DNA of 64,000 nt, from the NCBI RefSeq assembly GCF_009914755.1, contig NC_060928.1; one strand, given 5' to 3'. Under the pieces are notes generated by a model. The model saw only the letters and a program-made list of their open reading frames with translations, did no database searches and had not been told where the DNA came from. The stretch is from the human T2T-CHM13v2.0 reference genome, Homo sapiens. A program made the translations under genes and the position numbers. Each line of letters begins with the position of its first letter. Within the stretch, counting starts at the first letter, position 1. Positions 26,325 through 37,349 of the stretch are shown here, in pieces.

Positions 26325-26802
26325 GTCACAGTCCCTTGGGTGCTGCTGTAACAAAATACCTGAGACTGGGTAATTTACAAAGAACAGAAATTTATCCATT
26401 CATGGTTCTGGAGTCTGGGAAGTCCAAGATTGAAGGGCTGCATCTGGAGAGGGTCATCTGGCTACATTATAACATGATGGAAAGCATCACATGGTGAGAG
26501 AGAGCAAGAGAGGACAGAACTTACTTTTATAACAAACTCATTCTCACAATAAACTGCTCCCTTGGTGATAACATTAATCCATTTATGAGGGTACAGCCTT
26601 CATAACCTAATCACCTCTTAAAAGGTTCCACCTCTCAGCTCGCAGTGAGCCGAGATCATGCCACTGCACTCCAGCCTGGGTGACAGAGCGAGACTCTGTC
26701 TCAAAACAAACAAACAAACAAAAATTCCACCTCTCAACACTGTTGCATTGAAGATGAAATTTCCAATACATGAGCTTTGGGGCACACATTCAAACCATAG
26801 CA
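26325..26802 (-). mobile_element. MST/MLT1-type MaLR LTR with an inserted Alu 3' fragment (~26638-26722)
   Basis: GCTGCTGTAACAAAATACCTGAGACTGGGTAATTT...CAAACCATAGCA; the Alu fragment is flanked by TTCCACCTCTCA. Confidence 0.8.
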
Positions 26803-26809
26803 ATAGTTC

Positions 26810-27948
26810 AATTACTTTAAAGCCCAAAATGTCAGTAATTATATTAAATGCAATTTAATACATCAGTAACTAAATGAGATAGACTAAATTTTATGATAAT
26901 CAGACTAATATTATCAGACTAGACTTCAAAACAACCCAACAATCATATGCTGTTTACAAGAGACACATTTATGGATACTAAAAGGTATAAAGTGAACAGA
27001 TGCAACCATTTATCAAAAGAAAGCTGTTGTGGCAATATTACTATTAGACAAAATAGAATTAGGAAAAAAATCATAACTGTAGATAAACGTTTCACTAAGT
27101 TAAAGGTTTCACTGAGAAGAAATAAAAATTTTGAATTTATAAGTACTTATAACAACATTAAGAAACTAGAAAATAGAAAAAGAATAGAGCCAAATTGACT
27201 GAACTAGAAAAATAGAAAATTCATAGAAAAATCCACAATCATAGTGGGAGATTTTATCATACATCTCTCAGTAACTGATAGAAAAACCAGACAAAAATCA
27301 ATAAGGATAAAGAAAATGCGAACACAATGTAGTTCACATAAGGAACCTATACTACTTCCAACAGCAGCTGAAATCACAGAGCATACTTAAAATCTGACCA
27401 TATACTGGCTCATAGAGTAAATTGCAATACATTTTAAAGAATTTAAATCATACAGAATATGTCTTCTGACCATAATGCAATTAAAGTAGAAAAGAACAGA
27501 AAAACTTATAGAAAATTCTCATATATTTGGAAATTAGTAAATTTCTAAATAACCCATGGGTCAAAAAATAATCAGAATGAAAATCAGAAAATATTTTTAA
27601 TGACTTATGAAAAAAATTACATATAAAAACTTGTCAGATGCACCTAAACTATTGCTTAAAGGAAACTTACAACCTTAAGTGCATATATTAGAAATGAAGA
27701 GTGACGAAAAATGAATGAGCAAGCAAATACCTTAAAAACTGGAAAAGGAATAGTAAAATAAATCCAGAGAAATCAGAACAGGGGAAATAATAATATAAGA
27801 ATAGAAATTAATGTGCTAGAAAATAGGGGATCTATCAAGTCAGAAGTTGATTTTTTGAAAATGCTAATAAAAATGATGAACCTCTGGCAAGACAATAAAA
27901 GCTGGTACAAATAACTCATCTAAGGAATAAAATTGAGGACCTCTCTTT
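26810..27948 (+). mobile_element. Ancient L1M fragment (ORF2 endonuclease region); apparently continues at ~40160-41600
   Basis: A-rich, with degenerate L1 EN-type sequence (ATATGCTGTTTACAAGAGACAC; ACAATCATAGTGGGAGATTTT). Confidence 0.7.
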
Positions 27949-28390
27949 TGTTAAATGACATAAGCAGGAGGCCATTATCCTGAGACTGTCTCTACACTTT
28001 GAGTTCTTACATAATAAACTGCAACCTAATTTAGTATACTACATAAACAAACTGAAACCTAACTTAGGAGTCTTTTTTTTTGTAATTAATAGCTAAATTT
28101 CCACCAAATCATAAATAGCCAAGCTTTAGCCAATCACAGGCAGCCAACTGATCAGACTATGCCCAAACAAGGTAAATGCCTATTACACCATACCCAAATA
28201 AGGCAGACTCCTAGCTGAAGCCAATCAGGTGATTACTATGCTCTTGTGTTTGGCCTATAAAAGCTCACTGCTCACACTGTTGGATGCTCTCTGAAACTTT
28301 TGTGAATCTGAGTGCTGCCTGATTCATGAATCATTCTTTGCTAAAATAAACTCTGTCAAATTTAATTTGTCTGAAGTTTCTCTTTTAACA
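27949..28390 (+). mobile_element. ERV1 5' LTR (MER57-like), same orientation as TLR2
   Basis: TG...CA termini (TGTTAAATG ... TTTTAACA); CCAAT at 28130 and 28221; TATAAAA at 28256-28262; AATAAA at 28345-28350; followed by a PBS-like TGGTGTTGCAAGCAGGAT at 28396-28413. Confidence 0.82.
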
Positions 28391-28391
28391 G

Positions 28392-28522
28392 TGTTTGGTG
28401 TTGCAAGCAGGATCCAAAGGAGACCTATAGTGACTCCCAGGAGCTCTTAGTGACCAAGTGAAGGTACCTGTGGGGCTCATTGTGCCCATTGCTCTTTCAC
28501 TGCTTTCAACTGGTAGTTGTGG
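28392..28522 (+). other. TLR2: TLR2 exon 2 (non-coding, 131 bp, no ATG)
   Basis: Acceptor TTTTAACAG|TGTTTGG and donor TGG|GTAAGT. Matches the remembered TLR2 5'UTR. A possible internal donor AAG|GTACCT lies after 28463. Confidence 0.88.
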
Positions 28523-28842
28523 GTAAGTTCCTGCTCAGACTTGAGCACTATACATTTGCATTTTCAGCTCTCTGACTTTATTTGAGCAATTCTTTGATGG
28601 ATTGGCTCCAGAATTGGATTGGATTCAGTGAAGAAACTGAAACTGGACTGGTGCTCTAGGAGGCCTCAAGTAGATAAGGTTACTAGAAGACAGGGAATCC
28701 TGGGCTTATCTGGATTTAAGGAGTCTACAACTCCATCTGCAACTCCAGCCGATTTCATTTATAAGAATTATGGACCAAGAACCTGTGCTTTTCTAGAGAA
28801 ATGTGTGAGCCTTACTAAAGGTAACTTAGAATTACAATGGAC

Positions 28843-31800
28843 TGCCAAGACCAGCTCGGTCGTGGAGACCCTAACCCAGCAGCGCTAGAGGAATCAAAGA
28901 CACACACACAGAAATGTAGAGTGTGGAGTGGGAAATCAGGGGACTCACAGCCTTCAGAGCTGAGAGCCCCTAACAGAGATTTACCCACATATTTACTGAC
29001 AGCAAGCCAGTGATAAGCATTATCGCTATAGATTATAGATTAACTAAAAGTATTCCTTACAGGAAACAAAGGGATGGGCCGAAACAAAGGGATAGGCTCT
29101 GGCTAGATGTCTGCAGCAGGAACACGTCCTTAAGGCACAGATTGCTCATGCTATTGTTGTGGCTTAGGAACACGTTAAGCGGTTTTCTGCCCTGGGTGGG
29201 CCAGGTGTTCCTTGCCCTCATTCCAGTAAACCCACAACCTTCAGCGTGGGCGTCATGGCTGTCACAAACATGTCACAGTGCTGCAGAGATTTTGTTTATG
29301 GCCAAATCTGGGGCTAGTTTATGGCCAGGTTTGGGAGCCTATTCCCACATGTCCCCCTTTTTTGTTTTGCAAAGCAATAAAAGCAAAGGCAGCTTTGTCA
29401 CAGTGAGCTACTTCTTGCAGGAGTCGGGATTCGCATATGCATACTATACAAAGACAAACAACACAGATTAAAAGCACAACCATCATTGAAATCACAGAGC
29501 TTCCAAGTGTCTTTATCTATTTTAATGGGTTAATCACTGCTAATCTGTCTGCAGCTCCTTCAAGCACTCCAGTTCCTGGCATTAAGGTCTGGTGTGCCTG
29601 GAATGCTTTAAATATTTGTTCTTTTAATATTGCAATATGGAAAGACAAGTTTGTAGAGTGTCTTCTAGGTGCTTTTTTATTCTTTCCTGAATTTGGTCTT
29701 ATTTAAGAGCCATTAATAGTTTCCACAAATCCTTATGTTTAGCTCCTACAGCGGGCCATATCATTTGAGGGTGAGGTGCCACTATACCATCATGTTTCCA
29801 GATAATAGGAACTCTTGCCATATTTCTTGCTATTTCTACCATCTGACCATTTTGTTTAGACCAGCTAAACATAGTGTGGCCATGGCACGCAGACTGAGAG
29901 GTGCAATTTAAGCTAAACATCCCCTTAGGGGACCAATCAATAATGATTCCATAGGAATCACTGCGCAGCACCTCTGCCTATTCTGCAATGCAATCTTCCC
30001 AAACAAGTATGTTCATTATTTCTGGCCAGGTCCAATTCTGTTTACAAATAGGTTTTTGAGGGCAATATGCCTCAATTATAGAAACAGATTTATTATGGTA
30101 AATACTGAGATCAGAAAGCATGTGTAACTGTGTCATAGAATGATTACATCCAGGCATTATTGCCAGCCAAGATTGATAAATATGCCCAATAAGTATAATT
30201 GTTCTCTGTGTTAGCCCTTGTTGAAGGAATACTAATGGCAATGGTGATCACTGCTATCATAGCTATCATTAAATTACTCATTGTGACTGGTTGTCCCACT
30301 TTCCTCAGGTTTTCTTCCACCCTCTATGGCAGTTTCTTGATCTGTCCCCAGGTAGATGGCTGTGTTTGATGGTTGTTGCTCGTGATAGTTTGGGTCCTCC
30401 TCAGCATCAGTCTCGACATGGCTGCAACCAGAGGGTCCTCGGGATCCTCCCAGAATCTCTTCCTTGGCATCTGGCTCATGATAAGGTTTCAGGTGTCTTG
30501 ATGGTATCCAAATCAGCTATTGATTCTGGCCTGGAGAAACACAAGCATAACCTCTACCCCAAGTTATTATTTTACCTATTTCCCAACTTTTTGTTGTCAG
30601 ATCTCTGCACCAAGCCAGTTGTTCTGCTTCTGTTTTTGCAGCTGGTTTCTGTAGATGCTCTTCAGCTGCTGATAGCATCTGGCCTTTAGGCAGGCTCAAA
30701 AAATTTAAAGTCATTAATGCTAGATTCAGTTGTATATGGGGTGTCCTGTAATCCCTGTTTCCCCTTTTTGCTTTTGCAACTGCTGTTTCAGGGAGAGATT
30801 CATTCTTTCTACAATGGTTTGTCCTTGAGAATTATATGAGATGCCAGTAATGTGTTTAATATTCCATATAGAGAAAAATGTAGCTAGAGCTTGGCTAGTA
30901 TAGCCTGGGGCATTATCTGTTTTAACAGAAGTTGGAATTCCTATCACCACAAAACACTGCAAAAGGTGATGCTTAACACATGCAGTCTCCTGATTGGCAT
31001 GTAGCCCAGACAAAGTGAGAAAAGGTGTCCACACATACATGTACATAAGCTAGTCTCCCAAACGAGGGAACGTGTGACATCCATTTGCTAAAGATAATTA
31101 GGTTCCAATCCTCGAGGATTAACTCCTCCTGTTAAAGATGAGGAATGCACCATTTGGCAAGTTGGGCATCACTGGATAATAGCTTTAGCTTCTTTCCAGT
31201 TACTGTTATATCTGCATTTGAGACCAGAGGCATTAACATGGGTTAAATTGTGAAAGTGTCTAGCATTAGATATTGCAGTAGCAACTAGGCGATCAGCCAT
31301 TTGATTCCCTTCAGTTAAAGGTCCTGGAAGAGGTGTATGAGCCCTAATGTGAGTGATGTAAAAAGGGTGCATTCTACTCCTAAATGCTGTTTGCAATTGG
31401 GTAAATAAAGTCATCAGTTGTTCATCTGTATGAAGTCATAACTGAGCATTTTCAATTAATTGTATGGAATGAACCACATAGGAAGAATCAGAAATCACAT
31501 TAATAGGCATATCAAAAGCAGTCAATACCTCAATTACAGCTAAAGCTCCACTTTTTGAGCTGAAGTATAGGGCGTGTGAAAAACTTTACCTTTTGATCCA
31601 GAATAAGAGGCTTTACCATTACAAGACCCATCTGTAAAAACATTCTCAGCACCTTCAGTTGGTTTAAATTTAGTTATTTTGGGGAGAATCCAATTAGTTA
31701 ATTTCAAAAATTGAAATAATTTCATTTTAGGAAAATGATTATCAAGAATACCCACAAAGTCAGCTAAATGGGTTTGCCAAGTAAGACTATTTATAGAAGC

Positions 31801-34800
31801 TTGCTGTATTTGTGCCTTTGTGAGAGGGACAATAATTTTTCCAGGATCATATCCATGTAATTTAACAATCCGAATTCTCCCATTTCTTATCATCGTAGCC
31901 ATTTGATCCAAATAAGGAGTTAGAGTCTGTGAATTAGTATGTGGAAGAAAAAGCCACTGTACAAAGTCCTGCTCTTATACAATAACACCAGTAAGTGAAT
32001 GCTGAGTTGGAAAAATTAGCAAATCTAGGGTCTTTTTTGGATCTATTCTATTTATTTGAGGTTTATGGACTTGCTTTTTGATTAGCTGCAGCTCTGCCTC
32101 AGCTTCTTTTGTTAATTGCTGAGGGCTAGTGAGACTAGGATCTCCTCTAAGGATAGAAAATAGATTACTCAGGGCATAGGTGGGAATGCCTAGAGCAGGT
32201 CATATCCGATTAATGTCCCCTAGTAATTTTTGAAAGTCATTTAATGTTTTCAATTGATCCCTACGTATAGTTACTTTCTGTGGCACAATGGTAGTGTCAT
32301 TTACTAAGGTCCCCAAGTAGGAGTAAGGAGTAGTAGTCTGAATTTTGTCAGGAGCTATATAATTAAACTGGCATGAGAAATCGAGTTTTGCAAGTGATCA
32401 TAACATTGGAGTAATATTTCTTGAGTGGGGGCAGCACAAAGTATATTATCCATATAATGAATAATGTAACACTGTGAAAATTTTTTACGAGTAGGTTCAA
32501 TTGCTTGCCCTTCATAAGTCTGGCAAATTTTTGAACTGTTTCACATGCCTTGTAGCAACACTTTCCAATACAAATGCTTTAGTATGCTGCAGGTTTTTTA
32601 CTGCAGGAATTGTAAATGCAAACAGTTCACAGCCTTGCTCAGCTAAGGGGATAGTAAAGAAACAGTCTTTTAAATTTATGACTATTAAAGGCCAATTTTT
32701 TGGAATCATAGCAGAAGAAGGCAGTCCCGGCTGCAATGTCCCCATAGGTTGTATAACTGAATTAATGGCTCTTAAGTCAGTTAACATTCTGCATTTACCT
32801 GATTTTTTCTTAATTACAAAAACTGGAGAATTCCAAGGGGAAAATGTTGAGCTATGTGTCCTTTTTCTAATTGTTCAGCAACTAAGTCCTCTAAAGCCTC
32901 CAGTTTCTCTTTACTCAGCAGCCATTGTGCTATCCAAATTGGCTTATCTGTTAACCATTTTAAAGGTATATAGGTTCTGGAGGCTTAACAATGGCCACCA
33001 TCAAAAATGATATCCTAAACCTTGGTGGGAACTTTGTCTTTCCGCTTGAAGCATTTCCTTCAAAGCTTGCAAATTTTTTCCTAGTCCCATACCAGGGACA
33101 TACCCCATTTCATGCATCATATGTTGACTTTGAGGGCTGTATAATTATTCTGGAATTAGAACTTGTGATCCCCATTGTTGTAATAAATCTCTTCCCTATA
33201 AATTTATAGGTACAGAAGTTATAATTTTTTGTATAGTCCCAGGTTGTCCATTGGGCCCTTCACAATGCAAAATATAACTACTTTGATATACTTTAAGGGC
33301 TTTACCAACTCCAACTATGTTAAATTGAGCAGGTTGAATTGACCATGCAGATGGCCAGTGCTGTACAGAAATGATTGAAATGTCCGCTCCTGTATCTACC
33401 AAACTTTTAAATTTCTTTCCCTGAATAGTTATTTCACCAGTAGGATGTTTATCAGTAATTTGATTCACCCAATAAGCTGCTTTGCCTTGTTTATTTGTGC
33501 TTCCAAATCTTCCTGTTCATTTAATTTCACTTTTCCCCATTTCCACATATGGCATAATCAGGAGCTGTGCTATATGCTCTCCTGGCTCTGCTTTCCAGGG
33601 AACAGAAGTAGATATAACAATTTGAATTTCCCCTTTGTAATCTGAATCAATGACTCCTGTTTGTACTTGCACGCCTTTTAAATTTAAACTAGACCTACCT
33701 AGAAGTAATCCTACCATCCCCGCTGGCATCATCTGACTGGAGACAGCAACCTTCTTTAACAGTCCCATTACAAAAGGAGAACCTGTTCCATATGGATTAA
33801 TAGCTTGTTTAAATTCTTTGAGTAATTTAAAAGGAAAAGGCTCAAATGTAGCTATAATATTTCCCTGTTGATCTACGGGGTATATTCTAACAGGGAACTG
33901 CTAAGCCTCTATATCACCCTCTCTTCTAACTTGCTGAATTCCTGGCTGAATAGAACTGAGAGTGGTCGCTCGAGGTGCTGCTCAGTCACTGGGGCGACTA
34001 CTTTTTGCCCAGTGTCCTCTGGAAAAGAAAGATCTGGAGGATCAGGCTACTCTTTTTCTTCGAAATAATGAGGGGGTGCAGAAGGGTAGGGACAAACCTC
34101 TCCCTCCTTTGCCACTTTAGCTTTAGCTGGCAAACAAACCTGCTCTGTCACCTCTTCTGTTACTTCATTATACTTTCCTTCCTCCTCATCTTTAGTGTGA
34201 AAAGGTTCCAAGGTGGAATGAGCTAGAGCCCACACTTGCCCATTGTTACCCTGATGCTTCCGAGCTCCCCTTCTTACTCACCATGGGGATTGCTTAAGAG
34301 TACTCGGGTATCCTCCAGCTTTGTTCCACGTTTTCCAACCATTGCTCCAGCGAGCCTTCATCCTGGGTTTGAGTCCCCACGTTGGGCGCCACTTGCCGAG
34401 ACCAGCTCGGTCGTGGAGACCCTAACCCAGCAGTGCTAGAGGAATTAAAGACACACACACAGAAACATAGAGTGTGGAGTGGGAAATCAGGGGATTCACA
34501 GCCTTCAGAGCTGAGAGCCCTGAACAGAGATTTACCCACGTATTTATTGACAGCAAGCCGGTGATAAGCATTATTTCTGTAGATTATAGATTAACTAAAA
34601 GTATTCCTTACAGGAAACAAAGGGATGGGCCAAAACAAAGCGATGGGCTCTGGCTAGATATCTGCAGCAGGAACACGTCCTTAAGGCACAGATCGCTCAT
34701 GCTATTGTTTGTGGCTTAGGAATGCCTTAAGTGGTTTTCCATCTTGGGTGGACCAGGTGTTCCTTGCCCTCATTCCAGTAAACCCACAACCTTCAGTGTG

Positions 34801-34902
34801 GGCGTCATGGCCATCACAAACATGTCACAGTGCTGCAGAGATTTTGTTTATGGCAAGATCTGGGGCCAGTTTATGGCCAGATTTGAGGGCCTGTTCCCAA
34901 CA
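28843..34902 (-). mobile_element. HERV-K(HML-3)/HERVK9 provirus with MER9 LTRs (5' LTR 34394-34902, 3' LTR 28843-29349), internally deleted and non-coding
   Basis: Two ~508-bp direct repeats; Lys-tRNA PBS TGGCGCCCAACGTGGGG (minus strand, ~34375-34391); PPT at ~29350-29364; 6-bp TSD ATGGAC/GTGGAC. Fragments of gag (34047-34235), dUTPase (GRSS..GVIDSDYKGEI, 33517-33768), protease (LVDTGAD, 33196-33468), RT (YMDN at 32445-32456), RNaseH, IN (VKTDNAPGY) and env SU. Confidence 0.92.
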
Positions 34903-34995
34903 GTGGACAAAGAAGAAAAGCTGCTTAAGGCAAACAGGCACATATTTTTTAAAGCTACAATAGCTAGACAAACTAAGAGAATCCTGTGTATGTTT

Positions 34996-37052
34996 TACTT
35001 TTGTATTTTTATTTTTAATATTTGTGGATACATAGTAGATGTATATATTTATGGGGCACTTGAGATATTTTGATACAGGCATACAATGGATAATAATAAC
35101 ATCACGGTAAAAGGGGTATCCATTACCTCAAGCATTTATCCTTTCTTTGTGTTATAAACAATCCAATTAAACCTTTTATCATAAAATGTACAATAATGTT
35201 GACTGTGGTCACCCTGTTTTGCTATCAAAGAATAAATCTTATTCATTTTATCTAAGTATATTTGTGTACCCATTAACCATCCCAGTCCCCCTGCACCTCC
35301 AACTACACTTCCCAGCCTCTGTTAACCATCATTCTACTCTCTTATCTCCATGAGTTCAATTGTTTTAATTTGTAGCTCCCACAAATAAGCGAGAACATGG
35401 GATGTTTGTCTTTCTGTGCCTTATTTCACTTAACATAATATCCTCCAGTTCCATCCATGTTGTTATATGACAGAATTTCATTCTTTCTTATGGCTGAATA
35501 GTACCCCATTGTATATATATACCACATTTTCTTTATCCATTCATGTGTAGGTGGACACTTGGATTGCTTCTAGATCTTGGCTACTGTGAATAGTGCAGCA
35601 CTAAACATGGGCGTGCAGATATCTCCTTGATATATTGATTTCCTTTATTTTGGGTATATACCTAGCAGTGGGATTGCTGGATTGTGTGGTAGCTCTACTG
35701 TTAGTCTTTTGAGGAACCTCCAAATTGTTCTCCATAGTGGTTGTACTAATTTACATTCCCAACCAACAACAGTGTACAGGGTTCTGTTTTCTCCACATCC
35801 TTGCAGCATTTTTATTGCCTGTCTTTTGGATAAAAGCCATTTTAACTGGGGTGAAATGATATCTCATTGTAGTTTTGATTAGCATTTCTCTGATGATCAT
35901 TGATGTTGAGCACCTTTTTATATATCTGTTTGCCATTCATGTGCCTTCTTTTGAGAAATGTCTATTTAGATCTTTTGCCCATTTAAAAAATTGGATTATT
36001 AGATTTTTTTCCTATTGAGTTATTTGATCTCCTTATATATTCTGGTTATTAATCCCCTTTCAAATGGATAGTTTGTGAATATTTTCTCCCATTCTGTGTA
36101 TTGCCTCTGCACTTTGTTGATTATTTAATTTGCTATGCAGAAACTTTTTAACTTGATGTGATCCCTTTTGCTCATTTTTGCTTTGGTTGCCTATGCTTGT
36201 GGGGTATGACTTAAGAAATCTTTGCCCAGACCAATGTCATGGAGAGTTTTCTTAATGTTTTCTTTTAATAGTTTCATAGTTTGATGTCTTAGATTTAAGT
36301 CTTTAATCTATTTTGTTTTTATTTTTGTATATGGCAAGATATAGGGGTCTAGTTTCTTCCGCATATGGATATCTACTTTTCCCAGTACCATTTGTTGAAG
36401 AGACTGTCCTTTCTGCAATGTATGTTCTTGACACTTTTATTGAAAATGAATTCACTGTAGATGTGTGGATTTGTTTCTGGGTTCTCTATTCTGTTCTGTT
36501 GTTCTATGTGTCTGTTTTTATGCCAGTACCATTCTGTTTTAGTTACTATAGCTCTGTAGTATAATTTTAAGTCAGATAATGTGATCCCTCCAGTTTTGTT
36601 CTTTTTGCTCAGAATAGCTCTGGCTATTCTGGGTCTTTTGTGGTTTCATGTAAATTTTAGGATTATATTTTATTAACATATTTCTGTGAAGAATGTCATT
36701 GGTATTTTGATAGGAACTGCATTAAATCTATAGATTGCTTTGGGTAGTAAGGATATTTTAACAATATTGATTTTTCCAATCCATGAACATGGAATATCTT
36801 TCCATTTTTTGGTGTCCTCTTTAATTTCTTGCATCAGTGTTTATAGTGTTTCTTTCATCAGTGTTTATAGTTTTCATTGTAGAGATCTTTTACTCCTTTG
36901 ATTAAGTTTATTCCTGGGTATTTTATTTGTAGCTGTTGTAGACGAGATTACTATCTTGATTTCTTTTTCAGATTGTTCACTGTTGGCATATACAAATGCT
37001 ACTGATTTTTGTATGTTGATTTTGTATACTACAATTTCACTGAATTTGCTTA
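34996..37052 (-). mobile_element. 5'-truncated L1MA-type LINE
   Basis: T-rich tail and L1MA 3'UTR (TACATAGTAGATGTATATATTTATGGGG), plus ORF2 3' fragments ([12 protein letters not shown].., YKINIQKSVAF). Confidence 0.85.
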
Positions 37053-37245
37053 TTACAGAGAGACTAAAGATAGTTAGGTCCATTACCAAATGTGTTTTCT
37101 GTCACATTGAAAAATTATACCATGAGAAGGCACATGCTTCTAGTAATTACAGTTCATAGATATGTCAATGTACAGAATGCTGGTGTGACAGTTCACAATT
37201 GTTTGCTTTATAGTTTTCACTGGAAATTAAATTACTAAGGGTAAA

Positions 37246-37349
37246 GTAATCCCAGCACTGTGGGAAGCTGAGGCAGGATGATTGCTTAATGCCAGGAGTT
37301 TGAGACCAGCTGGGGCAATGTAGCATGACCCCATCTACAAAAAAAAAAG
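37246..37349 (+). mobile_element. Alu monomer (FLAM-like)
   Basis: GTAATCCCAGCACTGTGGGAAGCTGAGGCAGGATGATTGC... plus A tail. Confidence 0.8.

Noticed and set aside
29350-34393. HERV-K gag/pro/pol/env as functional genes
   Set aside because: Broken by stops and frameshifts, YMDD changed to YMDN, and large deletions.
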